Shown piece by piece: positions 13,543 to 24,951 of a stretch of DNA of 64,000 nucleotides; positions within the stretch are counted from its first letter, which is position 1; the number at the start of each line of letters is the position of its first letter. The translations under genes were made by a program, and so were the position numbers. The stretch comes from Lingula anatina (Eukaryota > Animalia > Brachiopoda), in the NCBI GenBank assembly GCA_051362555.1, contig CM120647.1:4650001-4714000 (forward strand), written 5' to 3'. The notes under the pieces are model-generated. The model worked only from the letters and a program-made list of their open reading frames with translations. It had not been told where the DNA came from and did no database searches.

Positions 13543-16500
13543 ATGGCATATTGTCAGATGAGATCGACGGTGATGAGCCTTCGCAGATGTCTCCGTTGCA
13601 GGCGGACATCCCGTCTACCTGTACTGCTGTTAATGACTGGGGCATTGATTTACATCTTCCAATTCATGAACGGTTTTGAAAGTAAGCATCATTCGCCATT
13701 AAAGGCACAGATTAACGTACAGCTTATTTATAGCCTATTAGATACATACAGCGGAGTCAGGACCATTGAGTTAGTTACAACATATTAACCATGTTTTTTA
13801 GTTCTTAGACTAAATTTCATTTGTAATTTTACTTACGTTTCTGGTAAATTCGCCTTCAACATTCATAGGTCAGAATGTGTTATTTGGCCTTGAAAATGCA
13901 TTTCTTACTATATATAAATTGCATTTTCAGGTTTCAATATTGTTCATGTATTGAAGGGCTCATTTTCATATATCTTACCTTGTTACTTTTATATTATTAT
14001 ATCTTTTAATGACAATACAGTCCTGTCGTCAGCAGTGGCGAAAGCTAAAACAAGTTGCAATTTGATGGCTATGAACAGGTCCGATACGTCCGGAGAAATC
14101 ATCCACAGGGAGAATAAAAAGGGCCCTTCTTTCCAGTTGGCAGAAGCAATGGCGGCTATCAGGTCAGACAAGAGTGGTAGCTCCAAATCTCCTACATCAA
14201 CATCCTGTAAAGAGGAATCGTTATCTTCAGCACAACATGACTTGGGCCAACATCAAAATACGACATCAGACTTTGTCTTGGTGTGGTCGCATTATGCCGT
14301 AATTCCACAAACGTTTATGGATAAAATAGAGACCTTACTCCAGTTTAATCCAGGGAAACGCGTTATATTTTCTTGTGGAAGCAGTGGATGTATAGATCAA
14401 ATAGACGCCAAGGCGTGGAAACACGTAACAGTATTTCGTTTACTGTTGTCTGAGTTAACCCAGGGAACACCACTGGACGATTTTGTCTCTAAATCCGCCT
14501 TTCTAAAATTGCTCTTGGGTCGTAAATTTATGGCAGTCGTACACGAAGTAAGTGTTTTACTTGTACTGTGGAGATTTGGTGGACTCCACATAAATTTAAT
14601 AAGAATGGTGCCGTCAAATTTACCAGATGAATATTTCACAGGGGAATGGGTGTCCACTGAAGGCATCTTTTTCATATCCAGATTTGAACGACATTCGTCG
14701 TTCGTCAAAAGTGCTATGGTCGAGATTCAGTCGGCCTACAGCAGTCTCAGTAGAAGTCAAATCCAAAATTGGGACACTGCTTCAGTCTTGATAAAATCAA
14801 AGGTTCTAAGCCAGTTAGATGAGAGACAGTTTGAAAAGGATAGTATGGGTTCTGTAATGCCCTTTTTGCAAGATGAACTCTTTGGGATCCTAACATTTGA
14901 CAATCGAGTGAAGGTGGCGAGAGACATCAACGATGAAATTCAAACTCTAGCAGGGCTACAATTCCTTCCCTTTGTTGACCTGTTGGTGGACAGGGATACT
15001 TGGAACGTCACCAGTGTAGTAAAGTTAATTCCTCAATCGGAGAATACTGACATATTTTCGGAAGAAAACACTAAAAGGGAAATCCATGGGAAGGCAACAA
15101 ATTGGTCTTTGTACATGACCCGAAATGCTGGAGGTATTGGCATATCTAAAACAAAAGATACAAAAGATCACCGTAGAAGAGGATTCATTGTTTCCAACAA
15201 AACCAATCATTTCAAAAATGCAATCACAATATTTCTTAATGGATGGTATAACGCCGGCAACATGACGTGGCCACCAAATGTTAATTTAAACCCCTTGATT
15301 TTATCGATGCATTTTGGATCGAATTTCTGGGAGAAATTACTAACTGAGCCTGGCAGAAATTACCTTTGGAATCATGGCCCTGTGGGTGCTCGTGATGACG
15401 TCACTTTTAATTTCTTAAAATCCCAAAATTCCTCAGTATATAAATCGGGCTGTTTGACACTCTTAATGCACAATCCCAACCCCACCATTAGAAGAGAGGG
15501 CATATATGTCGTTGATGTGAACAAACGCGCTTTAGAATTGATTGTGCCATATCAAATACAAAAATCAGCGATAGACGTCACCCATTACTTGCCCATTTCG
15601 ATGAAATTTGATAGATTGACACGCTACGAAGCTGCAAAAAGTTTGATGGAAAGATATTCACGCGCAAAATTAGTTATAACCTCGAGTATCCATTGCGCGC
15701 TTCCTTGCGTTGCCATGGGCATTCCAGTAGTTTTTGTAAAAACTGGTGTCCTACCTGGAGGTGGAGGGCGTCGAACTGAGGGCTTAACAGAACTTTTTCA
15801 CACAGTTACTGTAGACCTCAGGATGAAAACCTACCGAGGCCTGGACAACTTTAATTGGGACAAACCGGAAATGAACCCAAATAGTGATGTCTACATGCGC
15901 TTTCGAGCCACCTTGTGGTACGAGATACGCAAATCCCGCGCATTACGAGAAACGGCGATAACATATGGAATCGCACCTTTCAAAACACTCAGGCAGTTAA
16001 ACAAAAATAACACAATTCAATCGGTGTTTTATCAAGTATACACAACGAAGAACCAGACAAAGTGGAACCGCCGTTCACTCGAAAGTATATTTTACCACTA
16101 CCCAAGTACGAAAGTACGCATTTTAAGCAATGTTTTGACACAGAAGGCGTTTTCGGAGTTCACTGAAGCAGGTTTTCAAGTAGAGGTCGAGAACTATACT
16201 CTTGAAAACTTACTAAGGCACATTGAAAATCTGGAACCAGATACCTTTGCAGGTTGCTCAAAAGCGTTTTTGAAAAGAATGCCCGTTATTTCAAAAGGAC
16301 CATATTGGTATTCCAATGAAAGTAACTTGATCAGGTTGCTTTTGTTATATCTGTACGGTGGCGTTTACATGGACACTGACGTCATTTTGGTAAAGAGTTT
16401 AGAAGCTTTGAATAATGTCACTGCATGGGAAAACAGAGACAACTCCAAGTTAAATAACGCTGTTGTCAAATTTGATAAACACAATCCATTTATCCGTGAG

Positions 16501-16860
16501 TGTATTAAAGAATACCTCCTTAACTATACTCAGGGTGTTTGGGGGGCAAATGGACCGAAACTTCTCACCCGCGTGGCGAGAAACCATAGCACGTGGATGT
16601 GTGACGTCAACAGTTTTGAAGATGTATCGAAAGATAAGTCATGCATAGTCAGACGTTTGTATCGGCAATCGTTTTATCCTATTGAGCCTCGTCATGTTAT
16701 ACAAAAATGTTTCCTTGATAAAGGCAAAGTTAGCGAAGATTCTTTTGCAGTGCATCTATATAACAAACATTCGAAAGCCTACGGGGACGCTACCAAGCCT
16801 GGAACGCTCTGCCGTTACCTTCTGAACATGTTTTGCATTTTCTGTGGAGATTTTGTTTAA
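13543..16860 (+). CDS. Type II membrane multidomain glycan enzyme (~992 aa): degenerate GT32 + polysaccharide pyruvyltransferase-like + GT32 alpha-1,4-glycosyltransferase (A4GALT/A4GNT-like)
   Basis: Exon 1 13543-13681 (basic tail RRCLRCRRTSR plus signal anchor LPVLLLMTGALIYIFQFM; donor A|gtaagc) splices in phase 1 to exon 2 14021-16860. Pyruvyltransferase-like motifs: DEIQTLAGLQFLP..VDRD, FLNGWY, HGPVGARD, SGCLTL, AKLVITSSIHCALPCVAMGIPVVFV. GT32 motifs: SNLIRLLLLYLYGGVYMDTDV, NNAVVKFDKHNPFI, WGANGPKLLTRV, FAVHLYN. Confidence 0.88.
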
Positions 16861-17133
16861 ACCGTGCTTGCATGATTGAAGCAAACTGCAAACTAATGGA
16901 GGCCTCCTATATAAAATCAGCGTGGTATAACCTACGGAAATAAATATTAATGATGATGGTGTGTATATTTTCCAGTTCACGTTTCACATAAAATATAGAC
17001 TTATTCATCTCTAGATTTGCACAAAAGGTTTACAAAAGGTTTACTCTAGTAGCAACAGAAGCACGCCTATTTTAAGAAGACTGACTGGACGTCTACATGT
17101 TTTCATGAAAATTATTAAAGGTGGTGGAAAATA

Positions 17134-17189
<56 letters not shown>

Positions 17190-18115
17190 GATATAATATT
17201 TCTTTATTCATTGTGTATTTTCCTCGTGTGTCTACTATGTGATTGACCTCGTTGCCCTTTATGTTATAAACTGCAACAGTCATAATTAAGCATGTGAGTA
17301 TTTAATGTCCATTAAAAACATCTGCGTATTTTTATATTTCAAGTAAAACTGTTTCAACCTTTGGTCTCTTCGTCTTTGTAAGTTGTAGCATTTTCTCACT
17401 TTAAAAATCGAAGTATTTTTCTTTCCGGCTATAAAAATACGAGCATTTATTCGCGAACAACTAAAACACCACTGATTTTAGTGTACAAATGAAAAGTATA
17501 TTTCGCTTTGATTACTTAGATTGGAGTATTTTTTTCTTTTTTTTAAGTAACACCCTGTAGTATTTTTCTTTTAGACTTTGAGATTATTTTTTCTGGATCA
17601 AATGAAACACCATGCATTGGTTTTGACGGGACTGTGAAGTGCTTAAAACTTAAAACTTGCAGTACTTTTTCTCTTGAAATACATACATACAGCATACTTT
17701 TTAAAGTTATACGGTACAGTATGTTTATTTTTCTCTTCATATTTTTCTCTTTAATTTTTTTAATCAAAGTTAAATATTATGATTTCTTTCCCTTCGAATT
17801 CAGTTAAAAAGTTAAGTACACGTTTGCTTTCAATGAAAATAGTTCTTTTATTTTACTCGATATGTGATCAACAACCTAAAACTGAAGTTTGTATAGCAAA
17901 CATAAGCCCGTATATACTGTATCAAGTTTTATATGTCTCAATGTGTAGCGGAGACACCGTCTTCTAAGACATTTCTCATGAGTTTGAATCACTTAACAGG
18001 TGGAATTGGAAAGGGGACGGGTTTGCTTCTACTAAGTATGCTGAAACTTTCCAGGCTGCCCCTGGGGAGGATGAAATTATATAATTTATTTCACATTGTC
18101 ATTCCCTAAACAATA

Positions 18116-18500
18116 AAGCCCCCGTCACACTTATTCGGAATCAGCAGGAATGACTGAATTTAAAAATTCGTACTACATTTGGGAAGAAATTTCAAATTGA
18201 CCTAAATTCTCGTTGGAATACTCAGAATGCGCTTGAATCCGCCTGGAATGTTTCGTGCACATTTTGGCTGTATTAGCTCTCAAATGCAGCTCGAATGTAG
18301 TTGGAAAATTAGGAATATCAATAATGCTGTCTGAATGCAGTCAGAATATTTAGAATACACTTCGAATGTAGTTCGATTGCTGGCTGAAATAGGATCGAGA
18401 TGCATTTGAGTTGCATTCTGGCTCATTCTAGTAGAATTTGAAGTGTCTTGCCATTTCGGCTCTCCGAAACAAACGCAATGAACAGCGTTTTTTTTCAAAT
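18116..18500. mobile_element. Truncated GAAT/ATTC-rich non-autonomous DNA element
   Basis: Begins aagcccccgtcacacttattcggaatc; nearly collinear with 29140-29500 (aaatttaaaatttcgtactacattcgggaagaaatttcaaattgac...). Confidence 0.6.
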
Positions 18501-18542
18501 TCTGTTTGATAAACGTACACTTACCAACATTTTGGTTCTCAG

Positions 18543-19042
18543 GATGGTCTTACGGACATTCAACTTGCGCAGATCATGCTTGAGATTGCATTGAAGAGAA
18601 CAATAAGCTAATGTGGATACTTACTGATGTGCAATCTACCATGCGTAATCCAAATCCAAGAGTCAAGAACATTAAGAAACTAGGTTAGTATATCAACAAA
18701 GGTTGCTTTACAAAACGTCTAGAGTAAAAATTCATTCCTAGGAACGTCTTTGTTTTGTTATACAATAAGCTTACCTAAGAAGTTTTCCAATGCTGCCTTA
18801 GAGGTACTGTGCCAGTATTTAGTCTATACGTTGTCATCGTCTCATTTTCATTTTATTTCAACTGTTTATTGCCAGTAAGTCTATTTGGGCATGTGGAATA
18901 TATTCATAGCAAGTTGAACAATATGCATGAATCTTACGTATAAATTACTAATATATTGAAAGCAAATGTACACCTGCTCACAACTTAGATAGTTCCTTGT
19001 TATTCCCGAAATTAATTTCCTGATAAAAATATTTCATCAAAT

Positions 19043-19089
<47 letters not shown>

Positions 19090-19278
19090 TTATTGTTTGT
19101 TTTTGTTTTTTTCCTGGATGGACCATCTGCGTGGTTGCCATTGGTAACAATGTGGATGACGCTGAAATTAACACCATATCGTCCCCATGCTGTGTTTTCC
19201 AATTTGGAGATATTGCACAGTACGAGAAAGTTGCAACATTGGCTCAAAATCAAATCCAAGCCAGTCGTGCTGCTTGAA
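18543..19278 (+). pseudogene. Decayed duplicate of vWA gene exons 4-5
   Basis: 18543-18683 matches exon 4 with deletions (TDG motif changed to TDV). ~19117-19278 matches exon 5 with indels and a mutated acceptor (cctgg instead of atagg). The intervening intron is homologous; exons 1-3 are absent. Confidence 0.85.
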
Positions 19279-19739
19279 GTTTCAGATCCTTTTACTTCCT
19301 TGGACTTCTCCTGTTGACACAGGGGTCATTTCGTACTGAATGGGGGATTGACTTGGCATCCCCCCTCCTTCAAATTATCTTGGATCTACCCCTGTGAATT
19401 TAATTAGACTTAGATGAAGTCACGCGACTAATACAAAGGGCCAGTCTTGATAAACGGTTTGATAGTATTGAATATTTTCAATTAGTTATATTAGGTCTGT
19501 TTTGCATATTACACTGGAATTTACTAATCAAATTTTTGAAATTTTCAAAGGGTTGGACATCGAGCATCTTTAATTTGTCACATGTAATGTTTATCTTCAG
19601 TGTGGTAGAGGAGATCTAGACACAATGTAAATCTTAGCATGCATGAAGTGGTGGCTCTATTGATAAAACATATGTAAGAGATGTACGCAAAGAGGAATAA
19701 AACGGAAGTTTGACAGAGAGGGTGTGAACTCTGTATTGA

Positions 19740-19919
19740 CAAAACCCCTTTGTGCGACCATGAAACTGGCATCGCCATGCTTGTAGAAAGGAGGCACATG
19801 CACCACCTTTGCTGCAGAATGATCGACCAGTTGTCAGCACGTAACGTATTTATTTTACTCTCCAACTGGTTCGTGCTACGGGACGCAGAAAGGACGCCGT
19901 CCAGTGTAAAGGGGGCTTA
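19740..19919. mobile_element. PIF/Harbinger-like MITE
   Basis: aaacccctt ... ggacgcagaaaggacgccgtccagtgtaaagggggcttaa; paralogous to the truncated copy at 12300-12375. Confidence 0.6.
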
Positions 19920-19949
19920 AAGACCATGCTGCTCTGCAATACTTCTCTC

Positions 19950-20268
19950 TACCCGCACGAAAATGCAGTAGTATCGAAGTAGCAAAAAAGCATTAACGCA
20001 GTAGTGGTGTGGAGCATGTTTGCAGTAGAAATGCAGCATAGCCTACTGCAATTCTACTCCAAAAAGTACATAGGTTTGTACAGAGAGGAGCATTAATGCA
20101 GTAGATTAGCAGAATGATAGAAGCATGTTTCAAATATGCTAATTAGTTCCCAAATTGAAGCAGATTTGAAGCATGTTTGCAGTATGAATACAGTAGTCTA
20201 CAGCGGTTTGCAGTATGATTGCAGTAGTCTACTGCGCTGGAGTATCTACTGCGTTTTCTTGCGGGTAG
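19950..20268. mobile_element. MITE with gcagtag-rich interior
   Basis: TIRs ctacccgcacgaaaatgcagtag / ctactgcgttttcttgcgggtag. Confidence 0.65.
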
Positions 20269-20393
20269 TCACCCTTATCCGGAAACGCGGGGTCACGGTG
20301 TTATTGTAGCCTGTTCTACAGTAGCTCTATATTTAGTCATCCCGTACCTTATCACCCTCTATTTTCGTTTCAGTGTTGTAAATGTATGTGATA

Positions 20394-20507
20394 GATACAA
20401 TACGAGTCGCCGAGCTGTACGTGAAATATTACAAGTGTATTGGCGAGCCGCAGGCGAGACAATACACGAGTAATTTTCACGTACAGCTCGGCGACGAGTG
20501 TTGTATC
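20394..20507. repeat. Long imperfect palindrome (possible Crypton-type non-autonomous element)
   Basis: gatacaatacgagtcgccgagctgtacgtgaaatattacaagtgtattg-gcgagccgcaggcgag-acaatacacgagtaattttcacgtacagctcggcgacgagtgttgtatc. Confidence 0.65.
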
Positions 20508-20924
20508 TGGCTTAAACCACGGCCTCTGATTGGCTACTACACTAGTAGTGCAACAGACCGTGGAACGCACTCGTACATGACGTGCTTGTATGTCGAATAC
20601 AGCACGATCGAGTCTTTTGTTCTACGCGTTAGCCGTGGTTTAAATATTATTGTCTGCATTGAGTGTACAGGTTCTGTTTTGGCATTTTTAAGTAAAACGA
20701 CAAACGTTGAGAATGTCAATAATAAATAAGCACTGCAGCCTTAAACTAAAAATTGCATCTATTTGTATTGATTCATTTGATCTAAATTCGCATCCCATGT
20801 CAAAAATAATTTTCGAAAAAAGAAAACCATCCGTGTTCTCAACAATCTAGATGAAGGCAAACCCGGCCTATCACAATTGGTTTTACTTGACGAGGTTTAT
20901 GTTGAAGCAGACGATGCATGTGTC

Positions 20925-21193
20925 AGTGGCAGATTTAGAGGGGGTTAGAGGGGGTATCAGGGGGGTCCTGACCCCCCCCCCCTTCGATTTTTGGTCCCCT
21001 CTTGAAATAAGAATTTTGACTAGCTGAATCATAGTCATGAACCGCACCAAATGGCACTCTTCGCCCTCTGAAATATCAAATATACCGAGGCCCTTCGGCG
21101 GGCACGAACACCACGCCAAGTGAGTGGGTAAGGGGGTGGGGTCGGCTTCGCATCCGCGACCCCCCCCCCTTCAAAAATCCTGGATCCGCCCCT
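20925..21193. mobile_element. hAT-like MITE
   Basis: cagtggcagatttagagggg ... ggatccgcccctg; homologous to 11662-11923. Confidence 0.6.
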
Positions 21194-21262
21194 GTGTGTT
21201 CCCTATTCTAATTGCTTGCAGCTTACCCCTGGGATTAAACAAGAAGTGGGTGATATCAAACG

Positions 21263-21331
<69 letters not shown>

Positions 21332-22501
21332 TTTACATCAACACGAGCACACAGACTTTCAGTAGATCGAAAACTATGGACTTACAAGAAAAACAGTCAT
21401 AACAGAATTCAATCACCGATAAGCGGATATTATAAAACATTGGTGCTGGCTTCATTTATAATTGATTAAATTCACAGAATGCTGAACTGACCACGTTATT
21501 TATTATTAATTTCCAAAATATTTATAAAGATTATATATATATATTTATAAAGAACCAAGTGCACTGAACAATGCAAGAAAATGTAATCATCTGATTAAAT
21601 ATTGTGGTAACTGAAAGTTAATGTTTAATCTTGAGCGAAGATAGTAGAAACAGCCTTCAATAAAATCTCCATCAGGTGTGACATCACGCATAACTACAAG
21701 AGTAACCGCTACCAATATAACTTCTGGAAAGTTTACAGTGATCATCCTATTTTGAATTATGAGTAAATGTATTACCCATTTAACAAGATGTCGTTTATAG
21801 ATCTGTTAAATATCTAGCGCCGTCTGCTCATGAAGTGGTTAAATCATTATCTACATGTACATGGTACGATACAGTGGCAACACAGACATGGGGCATGCTA
21901 CTACGCACGTCATAACTTGTTTATCTCTACTTAGAACAATGAATTATTAACTATTTAGGTGTGTCCTTTTTGTCATAAGTGTATGATATACGGTACTTAA
22001 GATTCTCAAAAGACCACCTCTTGTCCGTGCACGCAAGCTGTGTGGTGACTCACTCACGTTTCACTTTAGTTTCTTATGCATGGTGAAATTCTAAGAATAT
22101 AATCTCCCCTTTCAAGGTGTGCCTTCGTGAAGTCTTCGTCAAGGGTCAATGAGTGATCAAATATTATACCTAGTTTACAAAACGAATGAGTTATCTAGAT
22201 GCATACGTACTAGTAGCTTGTGATGCGTTTAGTATTATCCTTTTTAGGGGGGGGGGGGCGGTAACTGAATCAATTTTGATAATGGGTTTTTCCGTGTACG
22301 TGTATTGCGAGGCTATAGTAAAGAGCTACAGAATTGTACCTGAACCGTCTCTTCTAAATGCGTGACGAAAATGTGACGAGAAAGTGTACAGCAACGCAGT
22401 GGTCAAAGAAACAAAAAGAAGAGAATTGAAAAACAAACTCACGAATAAAATCAAATTAAATGATGCATATCTTCATAATTTTCCTTTCGTGTCCCTTTCA
22501 T

Positions 22502-22743
22502 GTACACAAACTGGACAATAGAAGTGCCACCCCCTGAATCAGATTAATCAAAGTTATAATGCCTGGTCTACTTGTAATGTGACTAATGAGTATAAAACTA
22601 CTGTACCATGGAATTGTATTGTTGGTCTTTTTGTGAAATCTGATGTAAATAAAATGATACCAGGAGCATAGCATTCCACAGTCATTTATCTCCCCCAAAG
22701 TACTGGTTCAGTAGGGGTGACACTTCTAATGTCCAATGTGTGT
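22502..22743. mobile_element. Tc1/mariner-type MITE, copy 2
   Basis: Homologous to 5415-5655 with the same TIRs. Confidence 0.65.
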
Positions 22744-22913
22744 AGATCTGGGGGAGAAATGCCTTCGAATGTCCTAGTATTAATTGCTTTGCAGATAGAT
22801 ATATTGTAAGGGAAACTCAGATACCCAGACTGACTAGCATTTCTAGGTCATTTGCGGCCATACACTAGGATGTGACTCACATCCAACTTACTCCTTTTCA
22901 TCTCACCGTATTG

Positions 22914-22927
22914 CCGCTAGATGGCAG
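22914..22927 (+). promoter_or_regulatory. CTCF-like motif near the presumed HELZ2-like promoter
   Basis: CCGCTAGATGGCAG fits the CTCF core CC(A/G)SYAGRKGGCRS; a candidate non-coding first-exon donor (cag|gtact) follows at ~23032. Confidence 0.35.
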
Positions 22928-24263
22928 TCAAGAGTATCGAAACAACTGTGGAATTTTCGCGGAAGTAAAAACGAAAATAGCTAGGAGTGACAAGTTCAAA
23001 ACTGCGCATTGAATTAGTGTGATAAAGTGCAGGTACTTTGTGTGTTATCCACTAAACACTTGACTCTGAATCTAGTAAATTATCGACCATTATTGATAAG
23101 CAGCCACAATCTCGAAGAACGAAAACAATATAGGCTACTGTAGGTAAGCATGACAGCTAGCTGGCTTGGTTTTTATCTCTTAGTTAATCATTGATTAAAA
23201 TTGATGTGACTTTACTTGAGTGCAGCAAGGGTCAATTATATGATTAATTTAATGTGAAATTTGCGTACGGCGAATTTGACCGATTCGCAGAAAGTCAGGT
23301 GAGCAAAGTGAGTGCCTTTCAAATCAAACAGTAGCATTCTCTCGGGGGATCTCTTGGCGACCAGACGACTGCACGAGAATGTTTTGAACTCCTCGAAATA
23401 GACCAGGGTGAGTTGGTTATGGCTTTGTTTAATAAGCTCCAGAAATCGTTCCAAACGCGGTGACTGATTTTTTTTTTATTCCACATTCTGAATCTTAGGG
23501 CTGGATTATAAACATCACATTTACTGTCGCTGTTGACATAGGAATGCTTTTTTCAGCATGGATGCATTTAATGAGCAAAAGGGAAGTAGGGCTATATAAA
23601 CTCTCTCTCTCTCTCTCTCTTGCAACAAGCGGTCATTCTTATCGGAATGGAACAGTGGCACTTCATATATATGGTAAAAATCAACAATGATTTATCCTCT
23701 TTTCTCGTTCACCTGAAAAAGACTAATTTTCCCAAATTCAAAAACATTGGTTTATATTGAATTAACCCCCTCCGGCTGCACAGCTGCGGAATGCGTACTA
23801 AGGTTCATTTAATCTGATAACTAGCGTTTAAACACTATATTTACCTGTCGAGTTCGACCCGTATTGAGGACGCCGATCAATAACCGTGAAAACACCTGTG
23901 AAGGGGATTCCCCGCCTATTGCATTGTGGGTATGTGTCTATTTTAGTCAGGCTGTCCTCTTCAAATTAAAGGCAGTGGTAAAATGTATTGGGATGTGATG
24001 TGTTAAGTGAATTATATGATTTGCTTAATGAAAGTTAAAAAAGGGAAAGAGACAGCAATATAGGGATTCCACTGTCTTTTGCAATCTCGATCAGCTATTT
24101 ATTTATTTATTTATTTTCGCTATATGAAGTTTAGGAGACTGTACCCCTGGTATGTCTAAATAAATAGGTTTTTCATGCTTAGTGTCCAAACATAATGTAG
24201 TTCCACACAAATTTGATTTATTTGAAAATCAGATTAAAACAATTAATTAGAAATAGAATTGTA

Positions 24264-24364
<101 letters not shown>

Positions 24365-24556
24365 TTTAAGTTTCATTTTCAAGGAGAATGGTCTACAGAT
24401 TATTTAACTTGTTTTAATCAATTTTAATTAAGGTGTCTGTTGTAATAAATCTGTATAAATGTAAATGTAATCGAATTAAGCATCATAGGTTTTACACTAT
24501 AGCCCTTAAAGCTTACAAATGCATACTTGATCTATTTATTTATGTGTTTTCTAGAG

Positions 24557-24916
24557 ATGGATAGTGACGAATCCGGCTACAACGATGAAGAACAGTAAGT
24601 TTTTTCTTCTGTTTATCGATGAACTGAATATACATAAATCCTTTCCCCCCACGAGCTAAAAAAGAATGAATGGCTTGGGTAATAACACGGTCCCCACAAC
24701 CAGATTAAGAAACGTACAAATAACATGTGCTGGTGTTTTTGATTATCAACGTGCGACAAAGTATCCTTTGTTAGGCGATAATTAAGTTGATTCAGTTTCG
24801 TATTACGGTCCCATGCCTTTGCAAAATTGTTATTCAAGATTTAGATGAAATGGGTTAATATACGACAAAATTTGTTGAGAAACAACAACAACAACAAGAA
24901 ATAATAATAATAATAA

Positions 24917-24951
<35 letters not shown>

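Noticed and set aside
13951-14020. ORF-track start of the 969-aa protein, which would suggest a bacterial gene or contaminant
   Set aside because: It begins at TTG in AT-rich intronic sequence; an in-phase acceptor at 14020 and an upstream signal-anchor exon give a better eukaryotic model.
17041-17283. ORFs with YIYIYI, CVCV or poly-F/L runs (also at 21124, 24213, 43334, 56729 and 59384)
   Set aside because: They are translations of microsatellites.
19093-19317. 74-aa ORF as an independent gene
   Set aside because: It is an out-of-frame reading of the pseudogenised vWA exon 5.
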